From Salmo salar (lineage: Eukaryota): DNA of 64,000 nucleotides. Shown here piece after piece: positions 12,980 through 46,255 of this stretch; the first letter of the stretch is position 1, and every line of letters begins with the position of its first letter. The DNA lies in contig NC_059455.1 in NCBI RefSeq assembly GCF_905237065.1, positions 34,160,034-34,224,033 on the forward strand, read 5' to 3'. Both the position numbers and the translations under genes were made by a program. The notes beneath the pieces were generated by a model. The model was given only the letters and a program-made list of their open reading frames with translations. It did not search any database and was not told where the DNA came from.

Positions 12980-13439
12980 TTCAACAACTCGTGACCTAAG
13001 TATTTATTACCGTAAATATGAGACTGCAACAGCCCTTCAAATTTGTTAGAATTAGCACTGGCAAAACAAATACCAGGGTCTGTTCTAGTCTGCATGTAGG
13101 GTAGCCATATCTATTGACCAAAAAATAATTCAGATCGTAAAACGTATTAGTCAATACAAGATATGGCTACATGTAGTGCAATGCAGTGGCAGACATCGTT
13201 ATTAAAGGTCATGAACAATACATGTTTTTCATGAGATTGATTGGATGAAACCAGATCAAAGTATGATGACCAAAGTATGGAAAAAATACTGTTGCTTCTA
13301 CATTGATACAATTTTATCATAAAGTTACTGGTCCCTTCCTCCAATACCATTTTATTTGAACATGGGAGAACACTGTATGTGACCAATACAATTTGATTTG
13401 AACATTGGAGAACGCGTGTATGCTGAGGGGTGGTTTATA

Positions 13440-13760
13440 TAGCTAGATAGCTATATCACCCCACAGTGGAGAAGTCATAATACCCATAAAACCTAACGGT
13501 CAAACAGGGAAATGGTTCCAATTGTTATTTCCACCATTCATTTTCCCATAGGGAATTTTAGAAACACTTAAAATATGGGCAGTGTTTGGTGTAGGCTTAC
13601 CCTGGCGTGACATTTTGAGAACCAAATACATCTGACTTTTATCAAAATATTCAGCTCGATTTACTCTCAGATTCAAAAATGCTAATAAGCATCAAAGTAG
13701 ACATCATGCAAGACTACACATCTCTAGCTGACACCTTTGCTAACAGGTATTGTGTCAATT
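13440..13760 (+). repeat. Unclassified interspersed repeat. Further copies lie at 13985..14110 (minus) and 48350..48650 (plus).
   Basis: Shared blocks are 'aaacctaacggtcaaacagggaaatggttccaattgtt...ttcccatagggaattttagaaacacttaa...ggcttaccctg' and 'gctaat.agcatc...tctagctgacacctttgctaacag...gtcaatttaaaacttgcaca...tcaatttaaaga'. Confidence 0.5.
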
Positions 13761-14299
13761 TAAAACTTGCACAATATAGTTAATAGAATTGTCAATTTAA
13801 AGAAATTTTGCCAATTTATTCATTACTAAATTTAGCTAAATTTAGTTAATCAAGAGATTCTTACCTTTGCCTCGATTCGGCAATCTAGTCCAGATCATCA
13901 TGGCACTCTTAGTTATTTATGATAGCCTCATTAGCATTTCAATGTTTTTTTGTGTTTTTTGGGGGGGGGGACCTTGTCTTAGAGATTTACACTGTTATCA
14001 AAACATCACACCAGGGTAAGCCTACATTATTTTTTCTATGGGAAAAAGGAATGGTGGAAAAACGATTGGAACCATTTTCCTGTTTGACCGCTAGGTTTTA
14101 TGGGTATTATAACTCATACTGTGGTACTCTATTCTACTGGTGCTGACATTTGACTGTAGGGTATCAGCAAATATAAAAGTTTACACTATTCATCTTTGGC
14201 AAAGATACTTATACAGTGAGTTTCAAAAGTACACTTTGGATTTGAAATGACACAAGTACTATGGGGTTAGTGCAGACTCAACTTTCATTTGAGGGTATT

Positions 14300-16380
14300 T
14301 AAAACATTTTCTTTTTTAAATTTATACCCCCTTTTTCTCCCCAATTTCGTGGTATCCAATTGTTAGCCCTTACTGTCTTGTCTCATTGCTACAACTCCCG
14401 CACGGACTCGGGAGAGGCGAAGGTCGAGAGCATTGCGTCCCATTTTAGGGGACCAAAAGTATTGGGACAAATTCACGTGTATTAAACAAGTAAAAAGTTT
14501 AGTATTTGGTCCCATACTTCTAGCACGCAATTACTACATGAAGCTTGCGACTCGACAAACTTGTTGGATTCATTAGCTGTTTGTTTTGGTTGTGTTTCAG
14601 ATTACTTTGTACCCAATATAAATGTATGGTAAATAATGTATTGTGTTATTTTGGAGTCACTTTTATTGTAAATAAGAATAGAATATGTTTCTAAACATCT
14701 CTACATTAATCTTGATGCTACCATGATTATGGATAATCCTCAATGAAGCGTGAATAATAATGAGTGAGAAAGTTAGACACATATCAGTCAGTTATAAATG
14801 TAGTTATATCTTTGGTTTAGCACTGGCAAGGAAAATACCAGGATGTATTCTAGCCCAACCGGCTGCAAGATTGCGTTATAATTCCTTTAAAAATAATATT
14901 CTTGGCTGCCCTACATGCAGACTAATATTAAAACCTCTCTGGGACATCTGGGACGCTAGCGTCCCACCCGCGGGACACACTATCAACAGCCAGTGAAATA
15001 GCAGGGCGGCAAATTTAAAACAACAAAAGTCTCATAATTCAAAATTCTCAAACATACAAGTATTATACACCATTTTAAAGATACGATTCTCCTTAATCTA
15101 ACCACAGTGTCCGATTTCAAAAAGGCTTTATGGCGAAAGCATAACATTTGATTATGTTGGGACAGCGCCGAGACAAGAAAAACCACACAGCCATTTTCCA
15201 AGCAAGGAGAGGTGTCACAAAAACCAGAAATACAGCTAAAATGAATCACTAACCTTTGATGATCTTCATCAGATGACACTCTCAGGACTCAATGTTACAA
15301 AATACATGTATGTTTTGCTTGATAAAGTTAATATTTATATCCATAAACCCCATTTTACATTGGCGCGTGATGTTCAGAAAATGTTTTCCCACCAAAACCT
15401 CCGGTGAATGAGCACATCAATTTACAAAAATACTCATCATAAACGTTCATAAACTTTACAACAGTTATTGAAAGAATTATAGATATACTACTCCTTAATG
15501 CAACCGCTGTGTCAGATTTTAAAATAGCTTTACGGCGAAAGCACATTTTTCAATATTCTGAGTACAGAGCTCAGCCATCAAAGCAAGCTATACAGTTACC
15601 CGCCAAGTTCTGGAGTCAACTAAACTCATGTGTTAGAAATCTTCCCTTACCTTTGCTGATCTTCGTCGGAATGCACTCCCAGGACTCCCACAAGAAATGT
15701 TCTTTTTGTTCGAAATACTACATATTTATGTCCAAATACCTCCGTTTTGTTCGCGCGTTCAGATCACTAATCCAAAGGCATAACGCGAGAGGGTAAAACC
15801 AGAGACGAAAAGTCAAATAGTTCTATTACCGTTCATAGAAACATGTCAAACGATATTTACAATCAATCCTTAGGGTCTTTTTAACATAAAACTTAGATAA
15901 TATTCCAACCAGACAATAGCGTATTCATTACAGAGGAAAAAGAAAGAGCGGCACGCCAATGTGCCCGCGCTGTAAACAACTCACTGGTCCCAGGCAGTCC
16001 ACTGATTGACTGAGCTCCTATTCTCTGCCCAGTAACAGTGGACGCATGAAACAAGTTTCTAAAGGCTGTTGACAGCCAATGGAAGCCTTAGGAAGTGCAA
16101 AATGACCCCACAGACACTGTAGTTTCGATAGGGATTAGATAGAAAAACTACAAGTCACTTCCTGGTTGGATTTTTTCTCAGGTTTTTGCCTGCCATATGA
16201 GTTCTGTTATACTCACAGACATCATTCAAACAGTTGTAGAAACTTCAGTGTTTTCTATCCAAATCTACTAATAATATGCATATCCTACCTTCTGGGCCCG
16301 AGAAGCAGGCAGTTTAATTTGGGCACACCTTTCATCCGGACGTCAAAATACTGCCCCCTATCCTAGAGAAGTTAACCAAA
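14300..16380. repeat. Composite block of unclassified salmonid-type interspersed repeats.
   Basis: The 'gcacggactcgggagaggcgaaggtcgagag' motif is at 14400. 'cccaaccggctgcaag' and 'ctctgggacatctgggacgctagcgtcccacccgcgggac' are also seen near 2500. An internal direct duplication of ~220 bp links 15080..15300 and 15480..15700. No coding signal is present. Confidence 0.4.
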
Positions 16381-16434
16381 AAGAGAAGACATTAAAGAAT
16401 TCAAGATGGTAGAAAGTCTTCTGTTTTTAGTAAA

Positions 16435-18019
16435 TATACTGCTCAAAAAAATAAAGGGAACACTAAAATAACACATCCTAGATCTGAATGAATGAAATAA
16501 TCTTATTAAATACTTTTTTCTTTACATAGTTGAATGTGCTGACAACAAAATCACACAAAAATAATCAATGGAAATCCAATTTATCAACCCATGGAGGTCT
16601 GGATTTGGAGTCACACTCAAAATTAAAGTGGAAAACCACACTTCAGGCTGATCCAACTTTGATGTAATGTCCTTAAAACAAGTCAAAATGAGGCTCAGTA
16701 GTGTGTGTGGCCTCCACATGCCTGTATGACCTCCCTACAATGCCTGGGCATGCTCCTGATGAGGTGGCAGATGGTGTCCTGAGGGATCTCCTCCCAGACC
16801 TGGACTAAAGCATCCGCCAACTCCTGGACAGTCTGTGGTGCAACGTGGCGTTGGTAGATGGAGCGAGACATGATGTCCCAGATGTGCTCAATTGGATTCA
16901 GGTCTGGGGAACGGGTGGGCCAGTCCATAGCATAAATGCCTTCCTCTTGCAGGAACTGCTGACACACTCCAGCCACATGAGGTCTAGCATTGTCTTGCAT
17001 TAGGAGGAACCCAGGGCCAACCGCACCAGCATATGGTCTCACAAGGGGTCTGAGGATCTCATCTCAGTATCTAATGGCAGTCAGGCTACCTCTGGCGAGC
17101 ACATGGAGGGCTGTGCGGCCCCCCAAAGAAATGCCACCCCACACCATGACTGACCCACCGCCAAACCGGTCATGCTGGAGGATGTTGCAGGCAGCAGAAT
17201 GTTCTCCACGGCGTCTCCAGACTCTGTCACGTCTGTCACGTGCTCAGTGTGAACCTGCTTTCATCTGTGAAGAGCACAGGCCGCCAGTGGCGAATTTGCC
17301 AATCTTGGTGTTCTCTGGCAAATGCCAAACGTCTTGCACGGTGTTGGGCTGTAAGCACAACCCCCACCTGTGGATGTCGGGCCCTCATACCACCCTCATG
17401 GAGTCTGTTTCTGACCGTTTGAGCAGACACATGCACATTTGTGGCCTGCTGGAGGTCATTTTGCAGGGCTCTGGCAGTGCTCCACCTGCTCCTCCTTGCA
17501 CAAAGGCGGAGGTAGCGGTCCTGCTGCTGGGTTGTTGCCCTCCTACGGCCTCCTCCACGTCTCCTGATGTACTGACCTGTCTCCTGGTAGCGCCTCCATG
17601 CTCTGGACACTACGCTGACAGACACAGCAAACCTTCTTGCCACAGCACGCATTGATGTGCCATCCTGGATGAGCTGCACTACCTGAGCCACTTGTGTGGG
17701 TTGTAGACTCCGTCTCAAGCTACCACTAGAATGAAAGCACCGCCAGCATTCAAAAGTGACCAAAACATCAGCCAGGAAGCATAGGAACTGAGAAGTGGTC
17801 TGTGGTCCCCACCTGCAGAACCACTCTTTTATTGGGGGTGTCTTGCTAATTGCCTATAATTTTCACCTGTTGTCTATTCCATTTGCACAACAGCATGTGA
17901 AATTTACTGTCAATCAGTGTTGCTTCCTAAGTGGACAGTTTGATTTCACAGAAGTGTGATTGACTTGGAGTTACATTGTGTTGTTTAAGTGTTCCCTTTA
18001 TTTTTTTGAGCAGTGTATA
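16435..18019 (-). mobile_element. Tc1-like transposon family B, copy 1, near full length with a degenerate transposase.
   Basis: The IRs read 'tatactgctcaaaaaaataaagggaacac' and 'gtgttccctttatttttttgagcagtgtata'. Minus ORFs 16695..17042 and 17236..17763 are transposase with the DDE C-terminus (FLLMQDNARPHVA...[16 protein letters not shown]) and the HTH N-terminus. It is 95%+ identical to copy 2 at 23654..25131. Confidence 0.8.
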
Positions 18020-19440
18020 TACGGTGCATTCGGAAAGTATTCAGACCCCTTTACTTTTTTCCACATTTTATTACATCACAGCCTTTTCCAAAATTGATAA
18101 CATTTTTTAAATATTTTTTTTTAACACTCAATACCCCATAATGATAAACCAAAAACAGGTTTAGAATTTTTTGCTAGTTTATTGAAAATAAACAACTGAA
18201 ATATCACATTTACATAAATATTCAGACTCTTTACTCAGTACTTTGTTGAAGCACCTCTGGCAGCGATTACAGCCTTGAGTCTTCTTGGGTATAACGCTAG
18301 AAGCTTGGCACACCTGTATTTGGGGAGTTTCTCCCATTCTTCTTTGCAGATCCTCTCAAGCTCTGTCAGCTTGGATGGGGAGGGTCGCTGCACAGCTATT
18401 TTCAGGTCTCTCCAGAGATGTTCGATCAGGTTCAAGTCTGGGCTCTGGCTGGGCCACTCAAGGACATTTAGAGACTTGTCCCAAAGCCACTTCTGCGTTG
18501 TCTTGGCTGTGTGGTTAGGGTCGTTGTCCTGTTGGAAGGGGAACCTCCACCCCAATCTGAGGTCCTAAGCGCTCTGGAGCAGGTTTTCATCAAGGATCTC
18601 TCTGTACTTTGGGCCGTTCATCTTTCCCTCGATCTTGACTAGTCTCCCAGTCCCTGAAAAACATCCCCACAGCATGATGCTGCCACCACCGCGTTTCACC
18701 GTAGGGATGGTGCCAGGTTTCCTCGAGACGTGACGTTTGGCCTTTAGGCCAAAGAGTTTGATCGTGACTAGAGAATCTTGTTTCTCATGGTCAAAGTCCC
18801 TTAGGTGCCTTTTGGCAAACTCTAAGATGGCTGTCATGTGCCTTTTACTAAGGAGTGGCTTCCGTCTGGCCACTCTACTATTAAGGCCTGATTGGCGGAG
18901 TGCTGCAGAGTTGGTTGTCTTTCTGGAAGGTTCTCCCATCTCCACAGAGGAGCTCTGTCAGAGTGACCATCAGGTTCTTGGTCACCTCCCTAACCAAGGC
19001 CCTTCCCTCCTGATTGCTCAGTTTGTCCTGGCAGCCAGCTCAAGGAAGTCTTTGTGTTTCCAAACTTCTTCCATTTAAGAATGATGAAGGCCACTTTGTT
19101 CTTGGGGACCTTCAATGCTGCAGAAATGTTTTGGTACACTTCCCCAGAGCTTTGCCTCGACAACAATCATGTATCGGAGCTCTACAGACAATTCCTTCGA
19201 CCTGATGGCTTGGTTTTTGTTCTGACATGCACTGTCAACTGTGGGACCGAATATAGACAAGTGTGTGCTATTCCAAATCATGGCCAATCAATTGAATTTA
19301 CCACAGGTGGACTCCAATCAGGATGTAGAAACATCAGGATGATCAATGGAAACAGAATGCACCTGAGCTCAATTTCTAGTCTTATAGCAAAGGGTCTGAA
19401 TACTTATGTAAATAAGCTATTTCTATTGGTATTTTTAATA
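18020..19440 (-). mobile_element. Tc1-like transposon family C, which abuts family B with no spacer.
   Basis: The IR starts 'tacggtgcattcggaaagtattcagacccctt' at 18020. Minus ORFs 18235..18555 (FQQDNDPNHTAKTTQKWL...[15 protein letters not shown]) and 18565..18945 are present. The right end is degenerate. Confidence 0.7.
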
Positions 19441-19529
19441 CATTTGCAAAAAAAAAAAATGTTTTGCTTTGTCATTATGGGGTATTGTGTGTAGATTTAG
19501 TAAAAATAATAATTTATCCATTTTTGAAT

Positions 19530-19882
19530 AATACCTGACCTCAACCCTACACAGGTGGTTTGGGATGAGATGGACCGCAGAGTAAAGGAAAAGCAGCCAA
19601 CAAGTGCTCAGCATATGTGGGAACTCCTTCAAGACTGTTGGAAAAGCATTCAAGGTGAAGCTGGTTGAGAGAACACTAAGAGTGTGCAAAGCTGTCATCA
19701 AGGGTGGCTACTTTGAAGAATCTAAAATAAACAAATCAAAATAGATTTTATAACACTTTTTTGGTTCCTACGTGATTCCATGTGTTACTTCATAGTTTTG
19801 ATTTCTTCAATGTAAAATAATTTGTCAAAATAAAGAAAAACCCTTGAATGAGTAGCTGTGTTCAAACTTTTGACTGGTACTG
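19530..19882 (+). mobile_element. Tc1-like 3' fragment of family D.
   Basis: The plus-strand reading is ...QVVWDEMDRRVKEKQPTSAQHMWELLQDCWKSIQGEAG..., followed by the terminus '...ttttgactggtactgta'. Confidence 0.5.
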
Positions 19883-20084
19883 TATGAGAGAGCGAGAGAT
19901 AGATCACACACCCACACACTTTATTTCAGGTAACTATTGCATACTACATGCATTATAGCTGATTAACATTCAGAGGTCCTTCTCTTAGGTTTTAAAGGCA
20001 TGTACATATAAGTAGAGATATTAGATGTATGTAGAAGATAGCAGGTAGTGTTGATTGAGCTGCTTGAGAGAATATTCATAAAAG

Positions 20085-21320
20085 TACAGTAGTACTGATA
20101 GACTACATGACCAAAAGTATGTGGACACCTGCTTGTCAAACATCTCATCATGGGCATTAATATGAAGTTGGTCTCCCCTTTGCTGCTATAATAGCTTCCA
20201 GGCTTCTGGGAAGGCTATCCACTAGATGTTGGAACATTGCTGCGGGGACTTGCTTCCATTCAGCCACAAGAGCATTAGTGAGGTCGAGCACTGATGTTGG
20301 GCGATAAGGCCTGGCTTGCAGTCAGCGTTCCAATTCATCCCAAAGGTGTTCAATGGGGTTGAGGTCAGGGCTCTGTACAGGCCAGTCAAATTCTTCCACA
20401 CCGATCTCAACAAACCATTTCTCTATGGGTGCATTGTCATGCTGAAACAGGAAAGGGCCTGCCCCAAACTGTTGCCACAAATTTGGAAGCACAGAATTAT
20501 CTAATTCTATGCTGTAGCGGTAAGATTTTCCTTCATTGGAACTAAAAGGCCTAGCCTGAACCATGAAAAACATCCCCAGACCATTATTCCTCCCCCACCA
20601 AACTTTACAGTTGGCACTATGCATTGGGGCAGGTAGCGTTCTCCTGGCATCTGCCAAACCCAGATTCCTCCGTCGGACTGCCAGATGGTGAAGCATGATT
20701 CATCACTCCAGAGAATGCTCCAGAGTCCAATGGCGGCGAGCTTTACACCACCCCAGCCGACGCTTGGCATTGTGCATGGTGATCTTAGGCTTGTCTGTGG
20801 CTGCTTGGCCATGGAAACCCATTTCATGAAGCTCCCGACGAACAGTTCTTGTGCTGACGTTACGTCCTGATGCAGTTTGGAACTCTGTAATGAGTGTTGC
20901 AATCAAGGACAGACAATGTTTTACACTCTTTGGCGGTCCCGTTCTGTGAGCAGTCCCGTTCTGCAGGGCAGAAATTTGACGAACTGACTTGTTGGAAAGG
21001 TGGCATCCTATGATGGTGCCACATTGAAAGTCACTGAGCTCTTCAGTAAGCCCATTCTATTGCCAATGTTTTCTATGGAGATTGCATGGCCCCCCCAAGC
21101 TCTGACAGCTACGTTAGAGGAACATTTTTACTTTCTATGCCTGTGATATGTGGTTGTCCCACCTAGCTATCTTAAGATGAATGCACTAACCTTTAGTCAC
21201 TCTGGATAAGTGCATCTGCTAAATTACAAAAATGTCAATGCAAGAATGTGTGGCTGAAATAGCAGAATCCACTAATTTGAAGGGGTGTCCACATACTTTT
21301 GTATATACAGTGTATATCTG
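20085..21320 (-). mobile_element. Tc1-like transposon family E. It ends ~60 bp downstream of the TEP1 stop codon.
   Basis: Minus ORFs 20322..20696 ([31 protein letters not shown]) and 20703..20906 (HTH) are present. The right terminus is '...gtgtccacatacttttgtatatacagtgtat'. The same family occurs at 50865..51760 and 59716..59790. Confidence 0.7.
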
Positions 21321-21379
21321 TGTGAGAATAAGTTAACTATGACTCCGTGTGTGTATACAATGACTGTGTGTACACTGGG

Positions 21380-42905
<21,526 letters not shown>

Positions 42906-43007
42906 CTCTGCTGGAAGACAGGTCAATACTGTCAGGCAAATATTCACTCAGTACAGGGAGGGTCCTTTTTACAGTACATCTAGGACAGCGTTTCCCAAAC
43001 TCAGTCC

Positions 43008-43158
43008 TCGGGACCCCAAGGCGTGCACGGTTTGGTTTTTGCCCCAGCACTACACAGCTGTTTCAAATAATCTGGTTTTTGCCCTAGCTGTGTTGTGCTA
43101 GGGCAAAAAAACTAAACGTGCACCCCTTGGGGTCCCGAGGAGAGTTTGAGAAACACAG
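43008..43158. mobile_element. MITE with near-perfect terminal inverted repeats, ~100-250 bp upstream of the TEP1 ATG.
   Basis: The left arm 'gtttcccaaactcagtcctcgggaccccaaggcgtgcacg' is mirrored by the right arm 'cgtgcaccccttggggtcccgaggagagtttgagaaac'. The internal 'ggtttttgcccc(t)agc' is duplicated in inverted form. Confidence 0.6.
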
Positions 43159-43571
43159 CTCTAGGACAAACAGATTACACAGTACCTCAAGGGAAGAATG
43201 TCATCATACAGTTTTACACCTATTGTAACCTGTGCACGTGGAAAGTAAACTTTGAAACTCGACTGACTACGTTTGTTAGAGATAAGCAGTTCATCCGCAT
43301 TCTAGCCAGGTCTTATTTAAACAGTCAACGGTAAAACATACAAAATGGCATTCATGTGTTTGGGTGGGTCGCTTGTATGACAAAGAGAGTGGTAAAAAAA
43401 GAACAAAGTTCACTCGACACACAGATAAAAGATTGTCTTGTGCTTTAGATATGACTGGCTCATTAAATGAATGACAAATCCAGAACCATGCACCAATGCT
43501 GTTCTGTCCATGTCCAGAACACCAGACTGAAGTGGTGCTTGTACACAATGATAGATTGGTACATTACTGCC

Positions 43572-43616
43572 TAGCTCTGGTCCAGGGCGTTAGGGACGCG
43601 CACTAACGCCCTGGAC
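43572..43616. repeat. Perfect 45-bp palindrome in the TEP1/ZNF intergenic region.
   Basis: 'ctggtccagggcgttagggacgcgcactaacgccctggaccag'. The arms 'ctggtccagggcgttag' and 'ctaacgccctggaccag' are exact reverse complements around 'ggacgcgca'. Confidence 0.8.
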
Positions 43617-44056
43617 CAGAAGTATCAATGTTCTTCCTACAAATTTAATAACACAGAAACACGAATGTCCAGACTAGAATACATTGTGCCCATAGAACAG
43701 TATTCTGGGAATTGCACAGGGATGAAAGTCTAAAACCAGGTAGTAATCAAAAGGCACATTGAAGTAGCTAGGCTACCCAGATTTACAAGTACTTTGAATG
43801 GGCGTGACTGTAGCTAAGTCTTCCGAAAGTCACAAACAGAGACTCAAACTTACCTAATAAGTAGCGGGACAACTACTGGCTAACACTTCTCAAATAATTC
43901 TATATGTGTTCAAAGCAGCAAGATTAAATATTATTTCCGCATACGTCTACGCCATGTAGCTGTCTGTCAGACGAGCGCACAACCTAAACAGCTATCCTCT
44001 ACGGACACCGTAGGAGATCATATGACCAGGCGCTCCTCCCCTCCGTTTGTTTTCGC

Positions 44057-44063
44057 GGAAGTA
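44057..44063 (+). promoter_or_regulatory. ETS-like CGGAAGT core ~90 bp upstream of the zinc-finger gene 3 ATG.
   Basis: 'tttcgcggaagtaaaaacg' on the gene strand. It parallels the CGGAAGTG upstream of gene B. Confidence 0.25.
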
Positions 44064-44147
44064 AAAACGATCAATGTGGTAGCTAGTAAACTAACATTTG
44101 TGTTTCCAACTGAAAATTATCTTTAGAAACATAACACTAGTCAGAAA

Positions 44148-44430
44148 ATGTTCCAGCAGAATATGACTAATTGTGTTACTTTTCAAACCAAATTAAGCTC
44201 AGTTATGGATGTGTTGGCCAAAGCTGCGGTGGCAGAAATAAGTAAAATGTTCGATGATGGGTTTGCTGTTTTACGCTTGGAAATGTGCCGAAGAGAAAAT
44301 GAAATTGAATCCTTGAAAAGACAATTATTGTTTATGGAGAACGAACGGCAAACGACGAGGTCCAAAACGCAAGAAGCAGGCTGTTCTTCTACATGCTCGT
44401 CGTCTTCCAGCAGAACGGAGGAGGGACAGG
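44148..44430 (+). CDS. Zinc-finger gene 3, exon 1, encoding the shared N-terminal domain.
   Basis: Translation is MFQQNMTNCVTFQTKLSSVMDVLAKAAVAEISKMFDDGFAVLRLEMCRRENEIESLKRQLLFMENERQTTRSKTQEAGCSSTCSSSSSRTEEGQ. The donor is 'cagg|gtgagcc' in phase 1. Confidence 0.7.
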
Positions 44431-44683
44431 GTGAGCCACCTCCTGCTTACTGTATTCATATAAATATAATTCTGAAATATGTTTCTCAACTCAAGGGTCA
44501 ATTCTTCAAAAATATATAAAATGCAGTAGGACTGAATCCTTTAACACAATGCCTAACTACTGTAGCTAGGTTTCAGTTGTATTGTTTACTTTGTTTAAAT
44601 TGTGCAGTGCTCTCTCTCAACTTTGATATTGACATACCGGTAACGTTATGCTTCTGACAATTCATTAAAACCTCCACTTTCAG

Positions 44684-45612
44684 GGTCCAAGGGGTCTGAT
44701 GAGGATGCTAGTGAAAGGACTTCATTTGAGCAGAACGCCAGAGAGAAAAATGACCAACTGGATCGAAATAGACCACAGCCACATGCAGAAGAAGTAGAGG
44801 GGCTTGATGAACAGTACAGGTCTGGCCACAGAGAGAAGGGTAGTGGACTAGAGTTAGTGAAGAGAGAGCAAGCGGAGGAGTATGATGTTATTTCACTACA
44901 TTCATCAGGAAGTGAACATGGCACAGAGATATCAGATCATGAGGAAACTGAGTTTGCTGTGGATGAGAGAGAGAGTCAGCTCTGGGCGTCTTTAACAGAG
45001 CGCAACTGTGACTCGGAGGGTCCAGATTGCCATAAGTGCACAGAACAATATCCACTGGATCAAGATACAGACATACAGCTCATTCAAAGTGCAGTGGAGG
45101 GTCTCAATAGTGGTCCATCATCAGAGATGGGTGACATTAACAGAGTTATGACAGAAGAGATGCGAGCACAGTCTGTTTGGAATGTGAGAAGAAGTACCCC
45201 TACAGATTTGGCTCAGGCACAGCCAGGACAGCACAGAGAAACCATGCACCCAGAGAGAAGGCAGGATGGGACAACTACCAGAGTGCTGTCAGACAAACAA
45301 ACGCTAGCCAATGAGGGTGCAGCATATTCCAACATTTGGTTAAACAATGTATTTTCACTTGCCCCAAATAGTTTTCACTCAGCAAAAGTACCCCCAAGGA
45401 GAACCCTAGCAAGGGAGAAGTGGTTTGTTTGCTCCTTTTGTGGAAAGAGCTTTGACCGGTTTGGTCACCTGGAGATGCATCAGCGGATTCATACGGGAGA
45501 GAAACCGTACAGCTGTGTCACGTGTGGGAGGTGTTTTGCTCAGCAAAGTAATCTCCGCACACACCAGCGAGTACACAGGGCACTCACAACAAACCAAACT
45601 GTCTACTGATCC
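44684..45612 (+). CDS. Zinc-finger gene 3, exon 2, with two C2H2 fingers and a stop at 45610..45612.
   Basis: The acceptor is 'ccactttcag|gg'. The frame joins ORF 44857..45609, reading ...[79 protein letters not shown]. It shares the phase-1 intron architecture of gene B. Confidence 0.7.
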
Positions 45613-46255
45613 ATCACCATGACGAGACAATTTAGAGCATCCTAGAGAAACCAGCTGGGGCCCACCCCGCACATTATGAAACACAACCTCATTGACAAAC
45701 ATTTTCTAATGAGGAGACCATCAAGACACTCTTGCAGAAAGCAGCAGTGTGTTACTTTTGTCTTCCCATTCTATAAAGTGAGACCCTACCACAACTGTTG
45801 CACTAGTGGTGCTTATATACTGTAGTGAGGGATCAGAGTTGCTGGTTTACAGCTTCCTGCTTGTAACCTTTTAAGGAACGCTTAAGAGGAGGATCTCCAT
45901 CATCTTTAGGTTTTTGTAGAGCTATGCCAGACTAACACTACAATGGACATGCTTTTGTCAATGCATACATTTTTATGAATAAATGTGAATTCTCTCAAAC
46001 TTTGAGCCCTTTCGTGTGTGTGTGTGGATTCTATAGGTGCCAGGATAATGTTCAGGAGGGCTAACATCTGAAATGTTGCAGATAGAACTGACATGGGTCC
46101 TTGGATGTACATGAGAATCATATCTATTATACACAATGTATTTCTACATTTTTATACAGAACTTTCTGTAATGTTGTACCCTACTGAATTCCATCCTTAT
46201 TAACCTCTTAAGCCAACAGTTTGTGTGTGGGTGGGGGGGGGGGGGGGTGTATTTA

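Noticed and set aside
13147-13386. 79-aa minus ORF upstream of ZNF gene B.
   Set aside because: It lies in the promoter or intergenic region and overlaps an interspersed repeat copy, with no coding features.
16990-17655. 221-aa ORF on the plus strand, and its twin at 24101..24766, with a Pro/Cys-rich translation.
   Set aside because: Both are the antisense frame of the Tc1 family B transposase pseudo-ORFs. The two copies are identical only because the transposon is duplicated, and there is no independent coding signal.
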